Assembly: GCA_964515925.1 (NCBI GenBank)
Contig: CAZEYP010000005.1
Coordinates: forward strand, 276 to 64,275
Source: an uncultured Nitrospirota bacterium
Lineage (GTDB): Bacteria; Nitrospirota; Thermodesulfovibrionia; Thermodesulfovibrionales; JdFR-85
DNA: 64,000 bases
Direction: 5' to 3'
The notes beneath the pieces are model-generated. The model searched no databases. It was not told the origin of the DNA and was given only the letters and a program-made list of their open reading frames with translations. Below, piece by piece: positions 56,644 to 64,000 of the stretch. The stretch's first letter is position 1; every line of letters begins with the position of its first letter. Both the position numbers and the translations under genes were made by a program.

Positions 56644-58623
56644 ATGCTAAAAAGAATCGTAAAATATCTATTTATCCTGTTTCTCCTTTTCAGTATAGGA
56701 GGGGGAGTCGCTATATACTCTCTTTCAAGGGTAACCAGACAGCTGGAAACCCTGATAAAGCTCCATCGTGTTGAGATAATCAGACAGAATCTAATTATTA
56801 ACCTCAAGACCGTACAGAGCAATCTCTTCACCCTTGGCACAACATTTGGTCCTGAGCTTGATGTTATTGTAAGGAATGTTATATCTCTTAATGCTGCAAT
56901 AAACAGGTGTTCAGGCTGTCACCATTCCGAAGAGATTGCCTCCAAGTTGCGCAACCTGAAAAATCTCATAGAAGACTATAAAGGGGCAATCAGTGTTTTC
57001 ATTACCACCACTGCCAACCCGGCAAGAGTGAAACGATTGAAACAGGTTGCAGTTGATATTGGAGACATATTGCTTTCTAAGGCCGAAGAAATGACCTATA
57101 TAGCTCACAAAAGACTTCAACAGAGGACACAGAAGGCACTTAAAGAGGTAGGAATAATCAGGTATATACTCTTTTTTAGTCTTCTTGGCACTATGCTTAT
57201 GGGCTTTGTCGTTGCAAAGGGGCTTACCAGTGAGATAGTTACCCCGGTGAAGAAGCTTTCTGAAGCTGCAAGGAAACTAAAGTCAGGTGTGCTTGGTTAT
57301 ACAGTAAAAATAGACGACCGGACAGAACTTGGCGAGCTTGCCAATGCCTTCAACGACATGAGTCTTTCCATAAAAAAGGGACACGAGCAGACACTGAACT
57401 ATATGCAAAAACTGAAAGGCCTCCATAACCTTGCCCTGTCACTTCACATGGTATCAAAGGAAACAGATATTTATAATGAATTGATACAGGGACTGTCGGA
57501 AATAATAACAGCTAATGAATATGTGCTATACCTGAAGTCAGACAGGAAGTATGAAGTGGTGGCTTCTCTTGAGAACACCGACAATGTGCTTACCTTTACT
57601 GGCAGTTTTTCAGAAGAGATAATTCGTGAACTGTTTGAAGAAAGCGGAAAAAAGGCAATTGTTTCATACAGATCTGACCCTGAGTCACAAACCCTGCTTC
57701 CTGATGAGCTAAAACATTACGAAAACCTCTGTATAATGTGGATAACGGAAAGAAATCAGCTCATCGGTTTCTTACTCATAGCTGACATCCAGAAGGAAGA
57801 AATAACCGAGGATGATATCAGACTGCTTAGCATTATAGTGAATAACTTTTCTGTTGCCATGGAAAACATCCGTCTTTATAAAAACCTTATGGTTCAGATG
57901 CAAAAATTAAAAGAAGCCCAGGAACAGCTTGTTCAGGCAGCTAAACTTGCGGCCATTGGTGAGCTTGCTGCCAACATCGCCCATGAAATAAACAATCCTC
58001 TTACCACAATACTTGGCTATACAGAGCTGTTGAAAGAAGAGGATGATATGGAGGGGATTAAAAATGACCTTAAAATAATCGAAAGTGAATCTCTGAGAGC
58101 GAGAGAGATTGTCCAGCAGCTTCTTGAATTCTCAAGGCGTCGTCCTCTTAAGATCGAACCGGTTAACATTGATGAATTGCTGGACGACATAAAAAAACTT
58201 GTACTTCCTAATATGAGAGAAAAGCAGATAAAGCTTATTGAAGAAAAATCACACATCCCTGTTATTGAAGGCGACAGGAATCAATTAAAACAGGTCTTCC
58301 TTAATCTGATTAACAATGCGCTGCAGGCAATGCAAAAAGAAGGCACCTTAAAAATAGTAACAGGAGAAAAAGAGGGTTTTGTATTTGTAGAGATAACCGA
58401 CAATGGTACAGGAATACCTGACGAAATACTACCAAGGATATTTGAACCTTTCTTTACCACCAAGAAAGACAGGGGAACCGGATTAGGACTACCAATTAGT
58501 TACAGGATTGTAGAAAACCATGGTGGCAGAATCGAGGTTAAAAGCAAGGTAAATACAGGAACAACCTTCAGGGTATATCTACCAACAAGGGTTCCAAGTG
58601 AGAAAAAAACAGTAGGAGTCTAA
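56644..58623 (+). CDS. Membrane sensor histidine kinase (periplasmic CXXCH domain-HAMP-GAF-HisKA-HATPase)
   Basis: 659 aa. TM1 YLFILFLLFSIGGGVAIYSL, CSGCH at residues 89-93, TM2 YILFFSLLGTMLMGFVVA, H-box AHEINNPLTTI, G-boxes DNGTGI and GTGLGL. Confidence 0.85.
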   Translation: MLKRIVKYLFILFLLFSIGGGVAIYSLSRVTRQLETLIKLHRVEIIRQNLIINLKTVQSNLFTLGTTFGPELDVIVRNVISLNAAINRCSGCHHSEEIASKLRNLKNLIEDYKGAISVFITTTANPARVKRLKQVAVDIGDILLSKAEEMTYIAHKRLQQRTQKALKEVGIIRYILFFSLLGTMLMGFVVAKGLTSEIVTPVKKLSEAARKLKSGVLGYTVKIDDRTELGELANAFNDMSLSIKKGHEQTLNYMQKLKGLHNLALSLHMVSKETDIYNELIQGLSEIITANEYVLYLKSDRKYEVVASLENTDNVLTFTGSFSEEIIRELFEESGKKAIVSYRSDPESQTLLPDELKHYENLCIMWITERNQLIGFLLIADIQKEEITEDDIRLLSIIVNNFSVAMENIRLYKNLMVQMQKLKEAQEQLVQAAKLAAIGELAANIAHEINNPLTTILGYTELLKEEDDMEGIKNDLKIIESESLRAREIVQQLLEFSRRRPLKIEPVNIDELLDDIKKLVLPNMREKQIKLIEEKSHIPVIEGDRNQLKQVFLNLINNALQAMQKEGTLKIVTGEKEGFVFVEITDNGTGIPDEILPRIFEPFFTTKKDRGTGLGLPISYRIVENHGGRIEVKSKVNTGTTFRVYLPTRVPSEKKTVGV

Positions 58624-59279
58624 ACCTTCTTTACAAATATCTCCTTTGCAATCTCAGGGTCAAGGGCAACGGTAGTTTCCTCAACCTGTACAACCACAGA
58701 AGGCCATTTCTGAAGTAGCTTTACAACAGAGCCAGCATTTATTCCAATTGAATTCAACCTGTTAAGCCTTGAAGGGTCTGAAGGAACTATGTATACAATT
58801 CTACCCTCCTGTCCTACCTCAAAATCATTCAAACGCATCACAAGAGGTTTTATCTCAACACTGTATTTTTTACAGCATTCTCCCCTTGGAATAGGTTTTC
58901 CATGAGGACAGGTTGGAGGATGTCCAAGAAAGGTACATACACTGTCTGTTAACTCTTCACTTAAAATATGCTCCATCTTGCAGGCATCTTCGTGTATGAA
59001 CTCCTCCTTCATCTCAAAAACATCGGCGAAAAGCCTCTCAGCAAGTCTATGTCTTCTGACAATGCCCCTTGCAATCTCCTCCCCCTCTGCAGTAAGCCTT
59101 ATATCATCACCTTCAACCTTCACAAGTCCTCTTTTTCTGAGCCTTGCGACAACAGCCTCTATCTCTTCATCGTCAGAGTAACCATAAAGACGTTTTAAGC
59201 CGCTTTTGCCTTCTTCCTCTAAAAGCCAGATAAGCTCCAGCGCTTCCTCAAGTCTCTCCTCATCAAAGTTTTTGTGCAT
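58620..59279 (-). CDS. DtxR/MntR-family metal-dependent regulator with C-terminal FeoA-like domain
   Basis: 219 aa. wHTH N-terminus, RRHRLAERLF dimerisation helix, Cys/His-rich metal site (CTFLGHPPTCPHG), and an SH3-like tail. Confidence 0.8.
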   Translation of the reverse strand: MHKNFDEERLEEALELIWLLEEEGKSGLKRLYGYSDDEEIEAVVARLRKRGLVKVEGDDIRLTAEGEEIARGIVRRHRLAERLFADVFEMKEEFIHEDACKMEHILSEELTDSVCTFLGHPPTCPHGKPIPRGECCKKYSVEIKPLVMRLNDFEVGQEGRIVYIVPSDPSRLNRLNSIGINAGSVVKLLQKWPSVVVQVEETTVALDPEIAKEIFVKKV

Positions 59280-59321
59280 TGTTTAGTTTAAAAATTCTCC
59301 CCTGATGAAATCAAATGTGGT

Positions 59322-59520
59322 TTATTGGTTATTGCGTTATGTGCGTTAATAGCGTTAATTGGGTTAATTGAGTTAATTGCGTTTATTGCGTTGATAGCGT
59401 TTTTTGAGTTCTTTGTGTTCATTGCGTTTATTGTGTTTAAGGCTACCACCCTACCCCCTACACCCTGTCTTTTTTTACCCCCTACCCGCAACACCCTACA
59501 CCCTACTCCCTGTCTTTTTT
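59322..59520. repeat. Composite array: 14 nonamers then CCCTACN heptamers; contains the 87-nt core
   Basis: Nonamer register spans 59322-59447 and heptamers span 59448-59520. The recJ stop and its last codons lie inside the array. Confidence 0.9.
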
Positions 59521-61200
59521 AGCAGGTCTCAGGGTCTTTAGTCTTAGCTGAAGGAATCTTCCTCCATCCCATTCGTTTATCTGCGGGAAGAACACTGCAT
59601 CAACCCTGCCACTTTCTGCAATATGCTGAAACCTATCAGCCATATCGAACCCAATAACATCAAGAACTATGTTCTGATCCCTCAAAGACATCTTGAGATG
59701 ATTGTTGCCCACCACCCGTGCATTAAGCACCTCAAGTCCCTTTGCACCAAAAAGAGGCTCTGGATTTCCTGCACCAAAGGGTTCAAGCCTTTGTATTTCC
59801 TTTACCAACTCATAACTTACATCCCTGAACCTCACCTGGGCATCTATCGTCAGGGTTGGAATCAGGTCATCGTCGGTTAACATACCTGCTATTGTTTCGT
59901 TTATCCTTTCCTCGAACTCAGATAACCTATCTGCCTTTAATCTAAGTCCGGCAGCCTGTTTGTGTCCACCAAAGCCATCGAGCAGATCAGAGCACTTACT
60001 GATGGCATCATATAGATTCAAAGGAGGAATGCTTCGAGCAGAACCTTTTGCATGGCCATCGTTAAGATTAAACACAAAGGCAGGTCTGTAGAACTGCTCG
60101 GCAAGTCTTGCTGCCACAATTCCCACCACCCCTTCGTGCCATCCCTCCTGAGCACAGACAATAGCAAAGTCAAAACCCCTATACTCAACCTCCTGGCGTG
60201 CTGCACCAAGCACCTCTTCCTCTATCTGCTGTCTTCTCTGATTCAACTCGTTAAGTCTGGCAGCAATTTCCATTGCTTCTTCATAATCGTTGGTGGTAAG
60301 CATCCTTATAACATCTCTTGCATGGTCAATCCTTCCCGATGCATTGATCCTGGGAATAAGGGTAAACCCAAGGAGCCCTGCTGTCACATTGCCTGGTTTT
60401 ATGCCCGAAACCTCTGTGAGAGCACGAATACCAGGTCTAACCGCAGAGTTAATAAGTCCCAACCCTTCTTTCACAATAACTCTTGCTTCATCTACAAGAG
60501 GAATTACATCTGCCACAGTGCCAAGCGTTACAAGATCAAGCATTGAACGAACATTATCCCTACCGAGCAGTGCCTCTGCAAGTTTATAGGCAACCATCAC
60601 CCCTGACATGGCAGGCATATCCGTCTGAAGTCGAGGGTTTATCACCACATCTGCCCCCGGCAGAACAGGCTTGCCTTCGGAGGTTCTTTTAGGTTCATGA
60701 TGATCAGTAACTATTACCCCGATACCTTCAGAGCGTGCCTGTTTTATGGTATCAAAGGAGGTTATTCCACAATCCACGGTTACTATCAAAGAGGCTGAAA
60801 TCTCTTTTGCAAAGGCAAGTCCTCCCTGGCCAAAACCGTATCCATCGGCAAATCTATCAGGAATGTAATAATAGACATCGGCACCAAGCTCTTTGAGGGT
60901 GCTTATCATCACCGATGTAGCAGTAACGCCATCGGTGTCGTAATCACCGTGGATCAGGATTGGTCTGTTACTGGCTATGGTGGAAAGGATTATCTCCTTT
61001 GCTTCCTTGACCCCAGCAAGCTCGAAAGGTGCGCCCATGATGTTAATATCAGGGCAGAGAAATCGCTTTACAGCCTCTGGTGTCTTTATACCACGATTTA
61101 TAAGTATCTGGGCCAGAGGGGTGGTAATCCCGGTAGTGGCAGAAAGGTACTTAATATATTCGGGGTTTGTTCTCTGAACAAACCATCTACGCTCTGGCAT
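59503..61200 (-). CDS. recJ: Single-stranded-DNA-specific exonuclease RecJ
   Basis: 565 aa. DHH motifs (HGDYDTDG, VTDHH) and a DHHA1 domain (GGHKQAAG). Confidence 0.9.
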   Translation of the reverse strand: MPERRWFVQRTNPEYIKYLSATTGITTPLAQILINRGIKTPEAVKRFLCPDINIMGAPFELAGVKEAKEIILSTIASNRPILIHGDYDTDGVTATSVMISTLKELGADVYYYIPDRFADGYGFGQGGLAFAKEISASLIVTVDCGITSFDTIKQARSEGIGVIVTDHHEPKRTSEGKPVLPGADVVINPRLQTDMPAMSGVMVAYKLAEALLGRDNVRSMLDLVTLGTVADVIPLVDEARVIVKEGLGLINSAVRPGIRALTEVSGIKPGNVTAGLLGFTLIPRINASGRIDHARDVIRMLTTNDYEEAMEIAARLNELNQRRQQIEEEVLGAARQEVEYRGFDFAIVCAQEGWHEGVVGIVAARLAEQFYRPAFVFNLNDGHAKGSARSIPPLNLYDAISKCSDLLDGFGGHKQAAGLRLKADRLSEFEERINETIAGMLTDDDLIPTLTIDAQVRFRDVSYELVKEIQRLEPFGAGNPEPLFGAKGLEVLNARVVGNNHLKMSLRDQNIVLDVIGFDMADRFQHIAESGRVDAVFFPQINEWDGGRFLQLRLKTLRPAKKDRE

Positions 61201-61204
61201 AGGA

Positions 61205-62119
61205 TTACTTCTTTTTAATTAAAGGCCCCTTACCCTTCCATAACAGGACAATTGGACTTGCCACAAACACGGAAGAATAGGTTCCAACTATTATGCCCAG
61301 TATCATGGCAAGGGCAAAATCGTGGATTACTGCACCACCAAACAAAAACAGTGCTAAAGCTGCAAGAAGCGTGGTTAATGAGGTAATCAATGTTCTTGAA
61401 AGAACCTCATTTATACTACGATTAAATACAGCTTCAATGGACTCCTTTGATATAAATCTCAGGTTTTCCCTGACACGGTCAAACACAACCACTGTGTCAG
61501 TAAGTGAATAACCAGCTATAGTTAAAAGTGCGCTAACAAGCACAAGGTTTATCTCTCTTCCCATTATATTAAAAATACCAAGCACTGCAAGCACATCATG
61601 GAATGTTGCTACAGTAGCACCCACACTGAAACGGAACTGAAATCGCCAGGCTATGTAAATAAGAATACCAATAGTAGCAGCAATAACTGCCCACATTGCG
61701 TCTTTCCTGAGTTTTGAGCCTACCTTTGGGCCTATCTCCATTGTGGAATCTACTGTAATTTTATTGTTTTTAAAGCCTTCCTTCAGGGAGTTGATAATCC
61801 TGTCTGAAATGGCTCCAAGTTTTTCTTCTTTCTGCTTCATCTTTACAAGCACCTTGTTTACTGTCGGGAAGTCCTGCAACTCGAAATCCTTTAGTCCACC
61901 TTTTTCAAGCACATCTCTTACCTGCTGAAGGGTTACGGTTTTTTCAAACTTCAGCATCACTGCAGTTCCACCGGCAAAGTCTATTCCAAGATTTGCTGTA
62001 CCATTTGCAACCTGTATAATACCTATAATTCCAAGCACTATAAGTATGCCTGATATAAAGAAGGCAATCTTTCTGAACCCCATGAAATCAATATTGGTCT
62101 TTTTTACTATCTCAATCAT
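61205..62119 (-). CDS. secF: Protein translocase subunit SecF
   Basis: 304 aa with a six-TM SecF layout. Overlaps the secD stop by 4 nt. Confidence 0.9.
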   Translation of the reverse strand: MIEIVKKTNIDFMGFRKIAFFISGILIVLGIIGIIQVANGTANLGIDFAGGTAVMLKFEKTVTLQQVRDVLEKGGLKDFELQDFPTVNKVLVKMKQKEEKLGAISDRIINSLKEGFKNNKITVDSTMEIGPKVGSKLRKDAMWAVIAATIGILIYIAWRFQFRFSVGATVATFHDVLAVLGIFNIMGREINLVLVSALLTIAGYSLTDTVVVFDRVRENLRFISKESIEAVFNRSINEVLSRTLITSLTTLLAALALFLFGGAVIHDFALAMILGIIVGTYSSVFVASPIVLLWKGKGPLIKKK

Positions 62120-63735
62120 ATGCTCAGCTTCTTAACCTCCCTTCTTTGGTTGATGATGTCAAAGACCGTCTTGGTACCCACAAGTGCAGTAAAAAGGTTT
62201 ATGGCAACACCAAGACTGAGGGTCACGGCAAAGCCCTTTATAGGGCCTGTTCCAAACTGAAAAAGCACTGCAGCAGTAATAAGTGTTGTAACATGAGAGT
62301 CAACAATGGTGATAAATGCCTTATCGTATCCAGAGTCCACGGCAGCCCTCGGTGTTTTACCAGCCCGGAGCTCCTCTCTCATCCTCTCAAACATAAGCAC
62401 ATTGGAATCAACCGCCATTCCTACAGCAAGTACGATACCTGCAATGCCTGGCATGGTGAGGGTTGCATTAAGAAATGCCATGGCTCCAAGAAGAAGTATC
62501 ACATTCAAGACCATTGCAAAGTCGGCAATAAGTCCGGAGAGTTTATAGTAAAATGCCATAAATAATGTAACAAGCAGTATGGCAATGATGCCTGCCTTCT
62601 TTCCTGCCTCTATCGAGTCTCGTCCAAGAGAAGGTCCTACCGTTATGTTCTGCAGTAGCTTAACAGGGGCAGGCAGGGCACCAGCTCTAAGCACTATGGC
62701 AAGGTCTCTTGCCTCCTCCATACTGAAGGAACCGGTTATCTGGGCGCTACCGCCAGAGATTCGCTCACGAATTACAGGAGCAGAATAAACATTGTTATCC
62801 AGTATTATGGCGAGCCTTTTCTGAACATATTTCCCTGTAACTTCTTCAAATATCTTTGCACCTGTTTTATTAAAGGTAAGGGATACATAGGGCTCATTGA
62901 ATCTCTGGTCTATGGCAACCCTTGCCTCGGAAAGTAGGTCACCGGTAAGGAGTATCTCTTTCTTTAGTAGATAGGGTTTCTTCCTGACCTCTCCGGTCTG
63001 TCTGTTTACTACCCTCTGAAAAAGTATTATATCATCCTTGGGAATCTTGTCTTTAAATTTCTCAATAAGTTCCTGTTCTTCACCAGGAAGCACATAGGCA
63101 GGCAGTTCTGCTGCCACAGGTGACTCGTCATCAACAAGTCTGAACTCAAGCTGTGCAGTCTTTCCTATCAGTTCCACTGCCCTCTTAGGGTCTTTATAAC
63201 CTGGAAGCTGCACCACAATCTCATTCGTTCCCTGTCTGTGAATAACAGGCTCTGCCACTCCAAACTGGTCAACCCTGTTACGAATGGTCTCCAGGGCCTG
63301 CTCTGTGGCATTGTCCTTTATTCTCTTCACCTCTTTTTTGTTTAGTTTAAAAATCAGATTACCCTCTGATGGAACCATGTCAAGATTTGGATAAGCATCA
63401 AGTATGGCCTGCCTTACCTCTGGCTGGGTAGAATTTACCACAATCCTGTTATTTTCAACCTTTATTTCAGCATCCAATTTTCTTTTCTTCAATATGTCCT
63501 TTAATCTGTCAGCTATCCTCTCAAGGGTTATTGCAACTGCCCTGTCACCTTCGACCTCAAAGACAAGATGTACACCTCCCTGAAGGTCAAGGCCAAGAGC
63601 TATTCCCCTGTTTGGCATGTTATCCTTCCACCACTGAGGCATGTACTTAAAAATTGGTGTGTTGGGAAGGAAAAATATAAAAGCCAGTAAAACCGTTCCC
63701 ACAATAAGTGCAACCTTCCATTTTACTTTCTTCAT
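62116..63735 (-). CDS. secD: Protein translocase subunit SecD
   Basis: 539 aa. Large periplasmic loop, then the conserved TM bundle ([11 protein letters not shown]..., [14 protein letters not shown]). Preceded by an AGGAGG SD. Confidence 0.9.
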   Translation of the reverse strand: MKKVKWKVALIVGTVLLAFIFFLPNTPIFKYMPQWWKDNMPNRGIALGLDLQGGVHLVFEVEGDRAVAITLERIADRLKDILKKRKLDAEIKVENNRIVVNSTQPEVRQAILDAYPNLDMVPSEGNLIFKLNKKEVKRIKDNATEQALETIRNRVDQFGVAEPVIHRQGTNEIVVQLPGYKDPKRAVELIGKTAQLEFRLVDDESPVAAELPAYVLPGEEQELIEKFKDKIPKDDIILFQRVVNRQTGEVRKKPYLLKKEILLTGDLLSEARVAIDQRFNEPYVSLTFNKTGAKIFEEVTGKYVQKRLAIILDNNVYSAPVIRERISGGSAQITGSFSMEEARDLAIVLRAGALPAPVKLLQNITVGPSLGRDSIEAGKKAGIIAILLVTLFMAFYYKLSGLIADFAMVLNVILLLGAMAFLNATLTMPGIAGIVLAVGMAVDSNVLMFERMREELRAGKTPRAAVDSGYDKAFITIVDSHVTTLITAAVLFQFGTGPIKGFAVTLSLGVAINLFTALVGTKTVFDIINQRREVKKLSI

Positions 63736-63743
63736 CCTACCTC

Positions 63744-64000
63744 CTACGCCATCCTTGTATTATTTATAAATAGATTAAACTCTGCTTTAAGCACCTTTGC
63801 TGCCTTACGGCAGGCCATCATCCTGGAAAGAAATATCTCGAAATACTCTATCACCGGTGACATCCTTGTATCAATCACAAGCGAAAGGACAATCTTTCTC
63901 TCTTCAGGTTCAACTATTAGTTCAGACTTGGTTGCAGCATAATTTACCCTGTCGTGAATATCTTCAGAGACCATTGAAGGATTTCTAACTCTGCTTCTGT
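63744..64000 (-). CDS. Hypothetical protein, C-terminal part (5' end may lie outside window)
   Basis: The frame stays open upstream of the Met at 63974 to the window edge. No recognisable motif, and it is not YajC-like. Confidence 0.3.
   Translation of the reverse strand, partial: RSRVRNPSMVSEDIHDRVNYAATKSELIVEPEERKIVLSLVIDTRMSPVIEYFEIFLSRMMACRKAAKVLKAEFNLFINNTRMA

Noticed and set aside
57186-57200. Sigma54-like TGGCAC-N5-TTAT. Other TGGCAC hits occur at about 8101, 25697 and 56828.
   Set aside because: All are inside coding sequences, lack the TTGC -12 element, and are not positioned upstream of a gene start.
63797-63988. 63-aa plus-strand ORF at the window end.
   Set aside because: It overlaps a longer minus-strand frame that stays open to the window edge and is co-oriented with secDF. 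Neither has motifs, so only the minus-strand one is listed, at low confidence.

Overview
Gene-dense chromosomal segment: about 54 CDS, 1 tRNA and no rRNA, CRISPR or obvious mobile element. It comes from a diderm bacterium, shown by Sec, Tat, Lgt, an OM barrel and an Lpp-like lipoprotein. Lineage cannot be fixed from sequence alone. The gene content (multihaem cytochrome, HD-GYP/GGDEF, sigma54 regulator, MglA-like GTPase, FixI/CcoS) looks like an anaerobic or microaerophilic environmental organism. Most genes are housekeeping: leuS, tadA, coaE, mutS, ppdK, dcd, pyrF, secA, argD, argF, rnj, recJ, secDF, tatAC, lgt. They are packed in long co-directional strings with overlapping stops and starts. 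Three things stand out. (1) A decahaem cytochrome plus large beta-barrel pair (MtrAB/MtoAB/PioAB-like) lies directly behind argD-argF-rnj. It is followed by two orphan periplasmic binding proteins and a sensor kinase with a CXXCH motif in its periplasmic domain. A chemoreceptor elsewhere in the window has the same kind of motif. (2) Nearly every non-trivial intergenic gap is filled by short tandem repeats of a few families: heptamers GATTTNA/ATTTAGA, heptamers CTACNCC (complement GGNGTAG), and nonamers GCGTTNATN. An 87-nt composite core occurs three times, and arrays run into gene 3' ends and supply their stop codons. (3) Several tightly coupled operons mix envelope and secretion genes with second-messenger signalling: OMP-degP-tatA-tatC-orf-HEAT-HD-GYP, and secA-GGDEF-mglA-like. 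I also found a 59-aa ccoS gene missing from the ORF track and a 118-nt multi-hairpin element closed by a perfect 13-bp stem. All functional calls come from motif recognition by eye; no searches were run.
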